Below, one piece after another: positions 37,678-47,537 of a stretch of DNA of 64,000 bases. Source of the stretch: Parcubacteria group bacterium GW2011_GWC2_48_17 (lineage in GTDB: Bacteria > Patescibacteriota > Minisyncoccia > Phycocordibacterales > UBA10002); contig LCPL01000003.1 in NCBI GenBank assembly GCA_001003605.1, positions 1,811 through 65,810 on the forward strand, in the 5' to 3' direction. The translations under genes were made by a program, and so were the position numbers. The notes below the pieces were generated by a model. The model was not told where the DNA came from, did no database searches, and worked only from the letters and a program-made list of their open reading frames with translations. Each line of letters opens with the position of its first letter. Positions within the stretch are counted from its first letter, which is position 1.

Positions 37678-37755
37678 ATGCACCGATACACTGTAATTTC
37701 AAAGAAGGTGAAGAAGTTTTCAGTAGAGAAGGCATCTTTTTGCGCGCGTGAATAA
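37678..37755 (+). CDS. putative lysine-rich leader peptide MHRYTVISKKVKKFSVEKASFCARE
   Basis: ATG 6 nt after TTGACG-16-TATCAT; AAG AAG GTG AAG AAG cluster. Confidence 0.65.
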   Translation: MHRYTVISKKVKKFSVEKASFCARE

Positions 37756-37817
37756 CACTTTCATTCACACGAAGACAGAAAAGACCGCCTTCTCGAAAGA
37801 GAAGGCGGTCTTCGTTT
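37726..37817 (+). promoter_or_regulatory. putative attenuator (antiterminator/terminator) of dapA
   Basis: 14-bp stem AAGACCGCCTTCTC-GAAA-GAGAAGGCGGTCTT; alternative partner GAGAAGGCATCTTTT at 37726-37740. Confidence 0.7.
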
Positions 37818-37917
37818 GCGGCTCAATTTCCTCCGAGAATTGTTCTTTGGGGAAAACGGAGCCTCTAACCGGAGGATGTCCACAAAGTACCAATTCAACA
37901 AAAAGAAAGGCAAGCAG

Positions 37918-38868
37918 ATGCATGTTAACAATGGAACAGCAAATGGTTGCGGCGCTTCACATACCATAACGCCCGGTCCGTTTCGATTTCACGGGACCTT
38001 TACGGCGCTTATCACGCCATTCACGAATTCGGGAGAGATAGACTCCGAAAGCTTCCAAAAGCAGATTGAGCGGCAAATCGTAGGAGGTGTGGATGGCATC
38101 GTGCCGTGCGGCACCACAGGAGAATCACCCACACTAAGTTTTGAGGAGCACATTCAAGTGATTGACCTTGCCGTTAAGTTTGCGGACGGTAGAGTCAGGG
38201 TGCTCGCGGGAACAGGCGGAAATTCCACGGATGAGGCAATTTATCTCACCGAAGAGGCCGAGAGAGTTGGCGCGGACGGGTCATTGCAGGTAACGCCGTA
38301 TTACAACAAACCGAGCCAAGCAGGACTCTTCGCGCATTTTTCGGCAATCGCGCGCAAAACGGCATTGCCGATAATCCTCTACAATGTTCCGAGCCGGTGC
38401 GGAGTTGATATTGCCGCCGATACCGTGTGCCGAATTATCCGGGAAAACAAAAATGTCGTTGGTATCAAGGTAGCCAACGGAAGCCTTAGCTATGTGCGGG
38501 AGCTGCGAGAAAGATGTGGTCCGTTCTTCACTATTCTTAGCGGCGATGACGCACTGACGCTGAAGTTTATCACGTCAGGCAAGGCAAACGGCATCGTGAG
38601 CGTCGTCTCCAACATATTCCCCGATACCGTTGCGACACTCGTGAGGAGAGCCCGAGCGGGCGACGTGGCAGGCGCCACACCCATTCACGAAGAACTTCTC
38701 CCACTTATTGAAGCCATCTTTTTGGAAGGGAACCCGGTCGGAGTCAAATCGGCGATGGAACAAATCGGTCTTGATGGCGGCGCGGTGCGTCTGCCGCTCG
38801 TCGAAGTTTGTTCCCAAACCGCGGCCGCTATTCGCAAGGCGCTCAACGGCGGGCTCATTCATGCGTGA
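37918..38868 (+). CDS. dapA: 4-hydroxy-tetrahydrodipicolinate synthase
   Basis: GTTGESPTL, TPYYNKP, LYNVPSR, VGIK, NPVGVK. Confidence 0.9.
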   Translation: MHVNNGTANGCGASHTITPGPFRFHGTFTALITPFTNSGEIDSESFQKQIERQIVGGVDGIVPCGTTGESPTLSFEEHIQVIDLAVKFADGRVRVLAGTGGNSTDEAIYLTEEAERVGADGSLQVTPYYNKPSQAGLFAHFSAIARKTALPIILYNVPSRCGVDIAADTVCRIIRENKNVVGIKVANGSLSYVRELRERCGPFFTILSGDDALTLKFITSGKANGIVSVVSNIFPDTVATLVRRARAGDVAGATPIHEELLPLIEAIFLEGNPVGVKSAMEQIGLDGGAVRLPLVEVCSQTAAAIRKALNGGLIHA

Positions 38869-38896
38869 GCGCACTGAATGCGCCGCTGTTTCAAAT

Positions 38897-38924
38897 GGCA
38901 GACCATAACCTTGGTCTGCCTTTT
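38897..38924 (+). terminator. terminator after dapA
   Basis: GGCAGACCA..TGGTCTGCC-TTTT. Confidence 0.75.
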
Positions 38925-38927
38925 CTC

Positions 38928-39003
38928 TGAGGGGCGAAGGCGACCTGTAGTCGTAGACTACGAAATACTGAGCTCAGCAGAGCGAATGTGCAGGCCGAAT
39001 GTA
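38928..39003. repeat. third, internally shortened copy of the 92-bp repeat
   Basis: GCGAAGGCGACCTGTAGTCGTAGACTACGAAATACTGAG identical to the 21109 copy. Confidence 0.9.
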
Positions 39004-39234
39004 TTTTTGACGCAACCGTAAAATGGCGCTCAACAGAAAATTAAGAAAAAACCACGAGTGCCAACTCGTGGTTTCTGAATCGTCGGGTGTTTTTATTGTG
39101 TCATCCCACACTTTTCAGAAAAAGTGTGGGATTGCGGCACTACGAACGCCGCTCATGCGAATACCCTGCGCTCCTGCGCGGGGTGAGGTCGGGGCGACCC
39201 GTAGGTAAATGCTCTGCGGTGTCGCGCTTAAACT

Positions 39235-40299
39235 TTACGCACTGTCGGGCAAGTTGACGCCCCCGCCGAGCGTACCCTCAATGAGCGCCCGGCACTTACG
39301 GCTCCGGAGCTTATTAATTGCGCGCTCTTCAATCTGGCGAATCCATTCTCTGGTAACCTTAAACTGCTTGCCAATCTCCTCAAGGGTCCGCACCCGACCG
39401 CCACTAAGACCAAAGCGCCAGTCAAGCACCTCTCGCTCACGAGTCGTCAATTTCGCTTCTTGGAGCATAAGCAAAAGTCGCTCGCGCACGATGCCGTGGT
39501 CGGCTTCAAGCGACGGCGATTCCGCCTGCGTGTCGGCCGTAACTTCGGCAAAAGTGGCGCCATCGCCAAACTCCGAGAGAGGCGCTTGGAGCGACACGAA
39601 GCGTCCCATCGCTCCATTTTGCAAGCGTTTGACCCAGACAAGCGGAATACCGGATTCACGGCCGATTTCCTCATCGGTTGGCGCGCGTCCCAATGTGTCG
39701 GCCAGTCTATCCGCGGCTCGGTAGATTTTTCTACGCTGTTCTTGGACAAAAACCGGTACGCGAATCGGGTCTCTTTGGTTGGCAATGGCCCGAAAGATAT
39801 GCTGAGTGATCCACCATGCCGCATATGTGCCAAGCTTTGCTCCGACACGCCAATTAAACCTATCCACAGCGCGCATCAAACCAATATTGCCTTCGGAAAT
39901 CAGATCCGAAATCGGCACTCCCATGCCGTAGTAATGAAAAGCGATTGTAACTACAAGCTTCAGATTCCTTTCTATGAGAATCTGCCGGGCCGATTCATCA
40001 CCTTTTTCTCGCCTTTTAGCAAGCGCTACTACTTCTTCAGGCGTAAGGACCTTAAAAGGTCTTATGGAAGACAGATAAAAATCCAAACTGTCAGTAAACC
40101 TGTCGGCGGGCAGACCGTTTTCTGCGTCGCCGCTTACATTCTCCGTTTCCACAAGGCAAGCTGGAGCGCTGGCGAGAGAATCAACCCCACTGGTTGGATT
40201 TTTGGAGCGATGAGAAATTCCCGCAAGAGTGGCTACGTGTAACAGCGCTCTAAAAGGATGTCGAACTTTGGTTTCGCGTTTAGTCGTTTTTTTTCGCAT
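39235..40299 (-). CDS. sigma-70 family factor (RpoD/RpoS-like, no region 1.1)
   Basis: NLKLVV, DLISEGNIGLMRAV, TYAAWWI, TLEEIG..TREWIRQIE; AAGGAGG RBS. Confidence 0.92.
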   Translation of the reverse strand: MRKKTTKRETKVRHPFRALLHVATLAGISHRSKNPTSGVDSLASAPACLVETENVSGDAENGLPADRFTDSLDFYLSSIRPFKVLTPEEVVALAKRREKGDESARQILIERNLKLVVTIAFHYYGMGVPISDLISEGNIGLMRAVDRFNWRVGAKLGTYAAWWITQHIFRAIANQRDPIRVPVFVQEQRRKIYRAADRLADTLGRAPTDEEIGRESGIPLVWVKRLQNGAMGRFVSLQAPLSEFGDGATFAEVTADTQAESPSLEADHGIVRERLLLMLQEAKLTTREREVLDWRFGLSGGRVRTLEEIGKQFKVTREWIRQIEERAINKLRSRKCRALIEGTLGGGVNLPDSA

Positions 40300-40638
40300 T
40301 GGCAACCTCCTTCCTTTGTTGTTTCGAAGTTCGCATTTAGGCGAGCATATTCAAGTTGCTTCCGACAAGACAATAACACAATTGGTAAGACTGCGCTAGA
40401 GTTAAGTAAATTGGAGCTAGGCGCTTGACCGGACGCTCTGCCGTTTCTGAACGGCTTGTTAACAGAAAAAAGGTACTAAAAGAATATACTCATTTTCTGA
40501 TATAATCTAAGTCAGGAGACAGAGCGGACTTTTCGCCGAAACTCGCCACGAGGCGCCAAAGGATGAAGAAAAATTAAGCTAATAATTATGTGAGTATAGT
40601 CGGGGATACCGAATTTCTTAACCAATCTCCTATTTTCT

Positions 40639-43600
40639 ATGCCAAATGAGAATCCAGAACAGAAAATATTTGCGGATAAAACACCACCGTCGGACGATCA
40701 TAGTCATGAAGTGATTGAAAGCGAAGCCGAAGAATTTGAAGCAGAAGAAACGGAAGAATTCCTCCAGGACCCACAGCTTCAATACCGGTTGCAGCTTAAG
40801 CAAGCGGTCACATCGGCTAGAAAAGTAATTGACGGCATTCAAGCGGGAAATCTCACAAAAGAACTTTCAAATAAAAAAGAAGAGCCAAAAAGCGAGTCCA
40901 AACCACTGCCGAATCTTGAGGAACTTGAAACTTCTCGTAGGAAAGAAAAGAAGACCCTTACTGGGACCGTGAAAGAAAAGTTTCGCTTTTTTTCGTTGGC
41001 GCGAGAGGGCGTGAAAAATCCAGAAGCGGTGGCTGTACTCATTGACCACCTAGAATTCAATTTCACTGAAACAGAGTATGGGAGGCGCGTCATTCCCAAG
41101 GAAGCAGTTGAAACAGAGAGAAAGAAATTAATAGCGGATGGTTGTAGTGTAGGAAGCGCCTATCCCAGCTATCCCGACCGCTCAAAAGTTGAGCTCAAGT
41201 TCAGTAGAAATGTGCCATATACGGTAAAGAAAAAAGAAGCGGCGGAATTGGAAAAGCTTCTTGGCGCAGAGAACGACCCACTGGCAACCATTGAACTCCT
41301 CAAACGGCTCGGTTTTAGCATTGACGGCCACACATTCAGACACCGCATGACTGAATTGCAGGAGTTTGTGTCAAAGCCGGGTATGAACGAAGCGCTTACT
41401 ACATTAAGCGCCTTGGGGCTCAAACTTCGGTCTCGTTACTTTGGACGCGAAAAAGATGCAGGCAAGCGAGTTGGCCATGAAGGAGTAACAGACATTGAAA
41501 CGATTATTGATGACAAAGAATTGATGAGTAAATTGACTTCCGGTGTTGGAGTGGCCATTAATACCTTCGTGCGAAAATATGAGCTGGAAGCAGAGCTAGA
41601 ACCGCGGACGATTAAACTTCTTGTGGACACGGTAACGACTCCGCGGGCCGAAGAATTTATTGAGCAAATTATGAGCGATGCCGACGGTCATATCCGTTAC
41701 CTGCACAATATCTTGCCTTTTGTGCAAGCGGTTAAAAATACTGGGTTTCTTGACAAAGCAATTAACTTGGGAAAGACGGTAAAACTTGGTGAGCTCACTG
41801 CTGTACAAGACGCGCAGACCTATCGTTCAAAAGATGCGACATGGGACGCGAATGCCGCCGCGGGTGCATTCCAGTTAGAACTTGAAAGCGGAGAAATGCT
41901 TTCTCTTACTGAACATCCTGAACAGTTCAAATTCGTACATGATGTAGCAGTTTTAATTGGACGTCCGCTTGGCAAAAAGGAGCGAGAGACGCTTCTTCGT
42001 CACGAAAATAAAAGAGATGAAATTCTCGTCATTTTTACATTGGCGCATCAACTCGGAGTTGAGTTTCCGTCTTATTCCTTTGAGGAAAGGTTGGAAGAAG
42101 TTGCGCAAAGTGGAGGATATGGAGAGCACATGAAACTTATTCTTGATGGAGATTTTGTCTCCTTTCTCACGCAGTTAAAAGAAAGGACCGGTCTACAATA
42201 TTCAATGCACGATTTACTGCCACGGTACCGGACTATTAAAGATTTAGTTGATTTGTCGCATGACCAGGAAAAGCGAACATTTGTACTGTCGCCGATTTGC
42301 TCGGAAATCGCCAAAAGTCTTGGCGGGTTTGACCTTGGACACATTGATAATTACTTTCAACTTTCTAAACACCCCGAGACGCTCCCACTTATCGCAAAAA
42401 CGAAGGAAATGTACGGATATGCTCCCGGCGAGAATCATCAGTGGGGTGAGGTGGAAGGGTTTAAAACATTACTTACCATGGAGGGAGCGGAACGACGCCT
42501 GGTCACCGAGACGGCACAAAAGCTTTACAGGCAATTACACAGTGAGTTTGACTGGTCATTTAAGCCGGACCAAGCAAAAGACTTTATAGAGTTGGCAGAG
42601 AACATGGCTCTACAAGAGAAGATATTTGAACCGGCTAATCTTGAGTTCATTAAAAGGACAAGCCGCGATTACAGCATTAAAGCCCTTGAACTGTATACGG
42701 CTCTACCGGAAAACATACGGTCTGTTGTAATAAAACTTAAGAATTCTTTTGACTATAACCTCCGTACTGCGTGGGGTGAGAGGAGTATAGATGACCTCCC
42801 AACATTGGAATATTTCGCTTCTAATCCAGATGTTTGTGATACGCTATTTGACGACAAAACAGTTCGTCTCGTCTCCGGTCTCAAAGATGCGGGGCTTCAC
42901 CTTACCGTAAACGAATATCCTGAATTATTGAAAGCTGAACTGGATGAAGCATTTCCGGGCTTTTTAAAGCAGTTTCAAATAAAAACCGGATTGTCAAATT
43001 TTCGCTTACATAATATTCCCATACTAAAAAAGTTTATGGAGCGAGGGGATGATTTCGCAAATGTTATCAAGGCGCTCCGCGAGTTTTACTACCCGTTTGA
43101 ATTAAGCGACTACGAATATCTGAAGGGTTTCCTCATATATTCACCTGAACAAATACGCGAAAAGTTGAATCTTGCTCGCGGTGTCATTCCCGACTTTCGA
43201 TTTCGCACAGAATACGCGGAAGCGCTCTTTTTTGCGATTACGCAGAACTATACGGAAACAGACTTTGAAATGTTTGCGGCGCTTCAAAACAAATACTCGG
43301 CTGGCCAATCACTTAATTTTCAGCTCATTAAAAACTATGCCGAGTTGAGAGAGCATGAGCCGGTTATCAATACGGCGCGAGAAACTCTAAAAAACGAATT
43401 CGGTTTTGGTTTGGACCAAATCGTTGACACCCACCAGCTCCGTCTTTTTGGACAGGAAAACATCGCGGAACTTATGCGACTGTATCATAGTGATCGCCCC
43501 ATGCAATTTGTGATTATGGAAAACATTGACCGCATTGCTGAAATAGCTCCCGAGAAAAGAGTTGAATTTGTAAGAATTATCCAGGAAATCAAGAATTCTC

Positions 43601-45744
43601 CCTCGCAGGAAATTAAACGTCTTGAGCGCGAGCTTATAGGAGAAGTGCTCCATACGCCGAACCCGTTAGCGGCGTACAAGAAAATTGAGGATATTTTCAT
43701 AAAAAACAACCTGCCGCCCGTCGGCAAGGTATTTAAGGTTTTTGAAACTCTGTATCCATCCAAGAGACTTGAGGCAAGCTTGGGAGATAAAACGTCTCCA
43801 GTGCTCAATCGCTTAAGTTCTCGGGGGCGCTACTTCACCATATACGGAGACCTTTTACGCACCCATGTACGATCAGGCAATAGGACGCTTCGGGACTACG
43901 TTGAGGTTTTTGAGGACGGAGAAGCGCTTATCAATAAGATAGATCAGGGAGGAGTAGCGGCGCTGTCGCAAGACGAACAAGAGCAGCTCGCTTACACTCT
44001 GGGGAAACTTGACACTCTGTTTCTTAATTCTATGCTCGGCAAGAAGAGTGGAACTGGAGAAATCACAACATCTAATCTTGAAGAAAAGCTCGTGGCATTG
44101 CGACAAAATCTGAAAGTGAAGGAAGGGCAGCGTCTTACGGACCGCATTGCGGAGATGTATGCAAGACCTGCCGGGTATCAATCATTTGCTGAATTGCTTG
44201 CCGACATGCGTGCCGCTAAAATTGGCGCTCACGAACGGGGACTTGAGCGCGCGAAAGCCGCGCGAGCGGGATTGTTAACCCTCCAAGAGGGGGATTTGCT
44301 GAAGGGAGTTAATGCAACATACATTGAAAATATCTTACAAAACGGCTCCGTGGCAAAAGAATACTTGGGCGCGTGGTCAAGCCGGGACGCGACTCCGCTT
44401 GATACCGATGTGAGCCGAGTAACAAAAGAAGACGCGGCGGGAACTTTCGAATCCGCCGTAAGACAATCTCTTGCGACCGGCTACGGTTCTCTACTATTTG
44501 CGGTAAAAAACAGAGGACAATTCGTGGTTACGGGAGAAACAGGCGAGAAAAACACGGAGGGAGTTGATAAAAAGAAACTTGAACTTTTTGAAACTGGCGG
44601 CGGACGGCACTTTGGCATACGGACTGGGTTTCCGACAACCGAGATTGATTTTATGATTGCGCAAGATAATTTGCTTGATGCTAGCGAAAAAGCCGAACTC
44701 GAGTCAATTTTTTTTGAGATTGCTCAAAATGGTTTTTATATTCCAATTGTTAATACGCGCGGTGAGTTGATATATACTCCGGAATTATACGACGAGTATC
44801 GCGGCTATTTCCGAGGGCTTGATCGTTTTGACGGCGAAACGCTTGATGTAGCGAGATTAGAAGAAACGTATCCATTGCGGGCGGCAGTAGAGGCGCTTAA
44901 AACCGAGCGTATCGCTGAAGGCCAAACACTAACCGATTTACTGGAAATGATACGCAGAAATGTAAAAAATACCCTAAAAACAGAAGGAATAAAACTCCGC
45001 TCGCCGTATGACCGCGGGATTTTAGGCGCCGACCTTGTTGAAACAGGTTCAATTGGCAGAAGAACAAATTTGCCCGGCGATTACGATTTTGATTTGGCGC
45101 TCAAGCTGGACGCCAAAGATTTTCCTAAAGCAGAAGAAATTGCCCGTAAGCTCAGAGGCGTCATGAAAATGACCGGCGACAATTCGCATATGGAATCAGG
45201 CGGGTATTACCAACTGCGCGCGGTGGGGGTTACCGAAATAGGCGGGGTGTCGCTCCCTGCGCCGGTGAATATTGATATCGGACTGGCAAGCCGTTCAGAA
45301 CGCATTGCGTTTGATACTCAAGAGGCGCTAGAAGAGCGGTTTGAGTGGGTGAATGAACACAAGGGGGAAGAAATGCTTGAAGAGTTGCGCGCCAATATCG
45401 TGCTCGCTAAGAAAGTTCTTAAAGCGGCGGAGGCCTACAAGAAGTTTGAGCATGGGGGCCTTGGCGGCGTTGGTGTTGAGAATTGGATTATTAGCAATAA
45501 AGGAAACATTATTGAGGCCTTTAAATCGTTCACTGAAGCGGCTCATGAAGATGAAGAACTGATTCCTTTGGGGCAATTTAAAAGAAAATATAAAGTTGTT
45601 GACCCGGGCTGGAATATAAAAAAGCAGAGACATGATAACTTTGTGCACAATCTTACCGAAGATGGTTATGCTCGAATGGTTGAAGTTATTGACACATATC
45701 TTGGCATAGAGAGAAAAGTGGTTGAGAAGAGTCCAAGCGCTTGA
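40639..45744 (+). CDS. giant protein: helical N-terminal region, ART-like domain, C-terminal class I nucleotidyltransferase
   Basis: 1701-aa ORF; TGSIGRRTNLPGDYDFD, NIDIG, GGLGGVGVE, VVDP. Confidence 0.7.
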   Translation: MPNENPEQKIFADKTPPSDDHSHEVIESEAEEFEAEETEEFLQDPQLQYRLQLKQAVTSARKVIDGIQAGNLTKELSNKKEEPKSESKPLPNLEELETSRRKEKKTLTGTVKEKFRFFSLAREGVKNPEAVAVLIDHLEFNFTETEYGRRVIPKEAVETERKKLIADGCSVGSAYPSYPDRSKVELKFSRNVPYTVKKKEAAELEKLLGAENDPLATIELLKRLGFSIDGHTFRHRMTELQEFVSKPGMNEALTTLSALGLKLRSRYFGREKDAGKRVGHEGVTDIETIIDDKELMSKLTSGVGVAINTFVRKYELEAELEPRTIKLLVDTVTTPRAEEFIEQIMSDADGHIRYLHNILPFVQAVKNTGFLDKAINLGKTVKLGELTAVQDAQTYRSKDATWDANAAAGAFQLELESGEMLSLTEHPEQFKFVHDVAVLIGRPLGKKERETLLRHENKRDEILVIFTLAHQLGVEFPSYSFEERLEEVAQSGGYGEHMKLILDGDFVSFLTQLKERTGLQYSMHDLLPRYRTIKDLVDLSHDQEKRTFVLSPICSEIAKSLGGFDLGHIDNYFQLSKHPETLPLIAKTKEMYGYAPGENHQWGEVEGFKTLLTMEGAERRLVTETAQKLYRQLHSEFDWSFKPDQAKDFIELAENMALQEKIFEPANLEFIKRTSRDYSIKALELYTALPENIRSVVIKLKNSFDYNLRTAWGERSIDDLPTLEYFASNPDVCDTLFDDKTVRLVSGLKDAGLHLTVNEYPELLKAELDEAFPGFLKQFQIKTGLSNFRLHNIPILKKFMERGDDFANVIKALREFYYPFELSDYEYLKGFLIYSPEQIREKLNLARGVIPDFRFRTEYAEALFFAITQNYTETDFEMFAALQNKYSAGQSLNFQLIKNYAELREHEPVINTARETLKNEFGFGLDQIVDTHQLRLFGQENIAELMRLYHSDRPMQFVIMENIDRIAEIAPEKRVEFVRIIQEIKNSPSQEIKRLERELIGEVLHTPNPLAAYKKIEDIFIKNNLPPVGKVFKVFETLYPSKRLEASLGDKTSPVLNRLSSRGRYFTIYGDLLRTHVRSGNRTLRDYVEVFEDGEALINKIDQGGVAALSQDEQEQLAYTLGKLDTLFLNSMLGKKSGTGEITTSNLEEKLVALRQNLKVKEGQRLTDRIAEMYARPAGYQSFAELLADMRAAKIGAHERGLERAKAARAGLLTLQEGDLLKGVNATYIENILQNGSVAKEYLGAWSSRDATPLDTDVSRVTKEDAAGTFESAVRQSLATGYGSLLFAVKNRGQFVVTGETGEKNTEGVDKKKLELFETGGGRHFGIRTGFPTTEIDFMIAQDNLLDASEKAELESIFFEIAQNGFYIPIVNTRGELIYTPELYDEYRGYFRGLDRFDGETLDVARLEETYPLRAAVEALKTERIAEGQTLTDLLEMIRRNVKNTLKTEGIKLRSPYDRGILGADLVETGSIGRRTNLPGDYDFDLALKLDAKDFPKAEEIARKLRGVMKMTGDNSHMESGGYYQLRAVGVTEIGGVSLPAPVNIDIGLASRSERIAFDTQEALEERFEWVNEHKGEEMLEELRANIVLAKKVLKAAEAYKKFEHGGLGGVGVENWIISNKGNIIEAFKSFTEAAHEDEELIPLGQFKRKYKVVDPGWNIKKQRHDNFVHNLTEDGYARMVEVIDTYLGIERKVVEKSPSA

Positions 45745-45770
45745 CGAGGAATACCCCCTGGGGGTATACT
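45741..45770 (+). promoter_or_regulatory. promoter with CsoR operator
   Basis: TTGACG..TACCCCCTGGGGGTA..TATACT. Confidence 0.82.
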
Positions 45771-45776
45771 GCCTGC

Positions 45777-46049
45777 ATGAAAGGCGTTGTGGAACGAAAG
45801 CTCTTGCGGCGGCTCTCTATAATCGAGGGTCAGCTTCGCGGTATCAAGAAAATGGTAGAGGAAGAGCGATATTGCGTAGATGTCATCACGCAGACCGAAG
45901 CGGTCAAGAACGCGCTTTCGGGCGTTGAGAACGCGCTTTTGGAGAAGCATCTCTCAAAGCATGTGGTGGACCAAATGAAAAAAGGGCAGGAGACGAAAGC
46001 CATCGCGGAGATTCTGAAGATTTACAAGCTGGCACAGAGGAAGAAGTGA
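45777..46049 (+). CDS. csoR: CsoR-family copper-sensing repressor
   Basis: RRLSIIEGQLRGI.KMVEEERYC, EKHLSKHV. Confidence 0.85.
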   Translation: MKGVVERKLLRRLSIIEGQLRGIKKMVEEERYCVDVITQTEAVKNALSGVENALLEKHLSKHVVDQMKKGQETKAIAEILKIYKLAQRKK

Positions 46050-46192
46050 AAATACAAAGCACTATTGTGAAAAACACAAAACACAGTACCCAAAAGACCA
46101 AACAAACTTCACAAAACACAAAACACAAAACACAAAACACAAAGCACAAAAAGCCAAACAGGGAAATGAGTTTGTGCTTTAGACGGTTTTGA
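46049..46192. repeat. AAAACAC-type heptamer repeat element
   Basis: (CAAAACA)n run; same head as the 6612 element. Confidence 0.85.
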
Positions 46193-46234
46193 AAAAGGGG
46201 GTCGAGTCTTTATCACTAATTACATTTCAACTTT

Positions 46235-46504
46235 ATGATGTATGGATATAGCTACGGCGGAGATTGGCTTTGGGGCCACACGTTTTTCGGCGGGTTCTTT
46301 ATGATTATCGTGTGGGTCGCGGTCATTTTCTTCGTCGTGTGGATTGTGCGAGAGCTCTCCGGCGGCAACCGAAGCGGACACGGAAACGGCAGTAGAACGG
46401 GCGGCGGAAAAACCGCGCTTGATATTCTGAAGGAGCGCTACGCGAAAGGCGAACTCTCGAAAGAGCAGTTCGAGGCGATGAAGAAAGAAATCACGCACCC
46501 GTGA
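46235..46504 (+). CDS. SHOCT-domain membrane protein
   Basis: ALDILKERYAKGELSKEQFE. Confidence 0.85.
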   Translation: MMYGYSYGGDWLWGHTFFGGFFMIIVWVAVIFFVVWIVRELSGGNRSGHGNGSRTGGGKTALDILKERYAKGELSKEQFEAMKKEITHP

Positions 46505-46520
46505 TTACGTTTCTCACGTG

Positions 46521-46550
46521 TGCTCCACTTTACCAAAGTAAAGTGGAGCA
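46521..46550. repeat. 30-bp palindrome, family B
   Basis: TGCTCCACTTTAC-CAAA-GTAAAGTGGAGCA. Confidence 0.88.
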
Positions 46551-46591
46551 CACGCACGAGAGGACACGCGCTTACCAACGAACGAAAACTT

Positions 46592-46858
46592 ATGCACAAA
46601 CACGATTCAAAACATATGTGGTGGATGCTTGCGGGGTGTATCGCGCTCCCGCTCCTCCTGCTTCTCGTTGGAAGTAAAACGGGCTGGGGCGGCAATTGGC
46701 TTCTGTTAGGTTTCGTTGCTCTCTGTGTTGGCTCGCACATCGCGATGATGTTCAAAGGCCGCGGCGGCGGTCATGCTCACGATATGGAGGAGAAAACGGA
46801 TATGGCCAACATGCCTCCAGCAAAAGAAAAAGATACGCGCGGCGGCTGTTGTCATTAA
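46592..46858 (+). CDS. small His/Cys/Met-rich membrane protein
   Basis: HMWWM..C, 2 TM, ends GGCCH. Confidence 0.7.
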   Translation: MHKHDSKHMWWMLAGCIALPLLLLLVGSKTGWGGNWLLLGFVALCVGSHIAMMFKGRGGGHAHDMEEKTDMANMPPAKEKDTRGGCCH

Positions 46859-46878
46859 AAAAACGGCTCTCAACTACC

Positions 46879-47532
46879 ATGTCTGACACAAGCTCATCAT
46901 ACGGCCTCTGGCCGCTCGCCATTGTCGCCTCTCTGTTTGTCATCGGGATTGTTTGGAGTTTCACCAAGCCGAAAACGAAGCGAGAATGGAGTTCACTCGG
47001 CGCATTTTCAGCCTTCGTGGTCGCGCTCTTCGCTGAAATGTATGGGTTCCCATTAACTATTTACCTGCTCTCCGGCTGGCTTGCTGAAAAGATTCCCGGT
47101 ATTGACCTTCTCGCTCACAATTCCGGCCATCTGTTAGAAGACCTGTTTGGTTGGGGCGGCGACCCGCACTTCGGGCCATTCCATATTATGAGTTACATTC
47201 TCATAGGGTATGGATTTATTTTGCTCGCCGACGCGTGGAAAGTTTTGTACAAAGCCCGGCGTGAACAGACGCTCGCAACAGTTGGTCCTTATAGGCGCAT
47301 CCGCCATCCGCAATATGCCAGTTTTGTTCTCATCATGCTCGGATTCCTGCTCCAATGGCCGACACTTCTTACACTTATTATGTTTCCGGTATTGGTGATT
47401 GTGTATGTTCGGCTTGCGCGGCATGAAGAAAAAGAAGCGAAGGAAGAATTTGGGGAAAGTTGGAATGAATACGCGCGGCACACGCCCGCTTTTATCCCCG
47501 CGTTCACGAAAACAATTACTCATCAAGGATAA
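46879..47532 (+). CDS. isoprenylcysteine carboxylmethyltransferase family protein
   Basis: FAEMYGFPLTIYLL, GPYRRIRHPQY. Confidence 0.88.
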   Translation: MSDTSSSYGLWPLAIVASLFVIGIVWSFTKPKTKREWSSLGAFSAFVVALFAEMYGFPLTIYLLSGWLAEKIPGIDLLAHNSGHLLEDLFGWGGDPHFGPFHIMSYILIGYGFILLADAWKVLYKARREQTLATVGPYRRIRHPQYASFVLIMLGFLLQWPTLLTLIMFPVLVIVYVRLARHEEKEAKEEFGESWNEYARHTPAFIPAFTKTITHQG

Positions 47533-47537
47533 CCGCT

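Noticed and set aside
37676-37817. Lysine riboswitch or T-box upstream of dapA
   Set aside because: No L-box or T-box consensus was recognised and the leader is short; the leader-peptide model fits better.
45030-45744. CBASS operon
   Set aside because: No Cap effector or Cap2/3 genes are adjacent; the NTase is a domain of a giant protein followed by csoR.
45904-46149. Low-complexity ORFs such as MCFVFCVLCF (also 867-1109, 6253-6717, 60885-61826)
   Set aside because: They are translations of heptamer repeats or antisense shadows of real genes.
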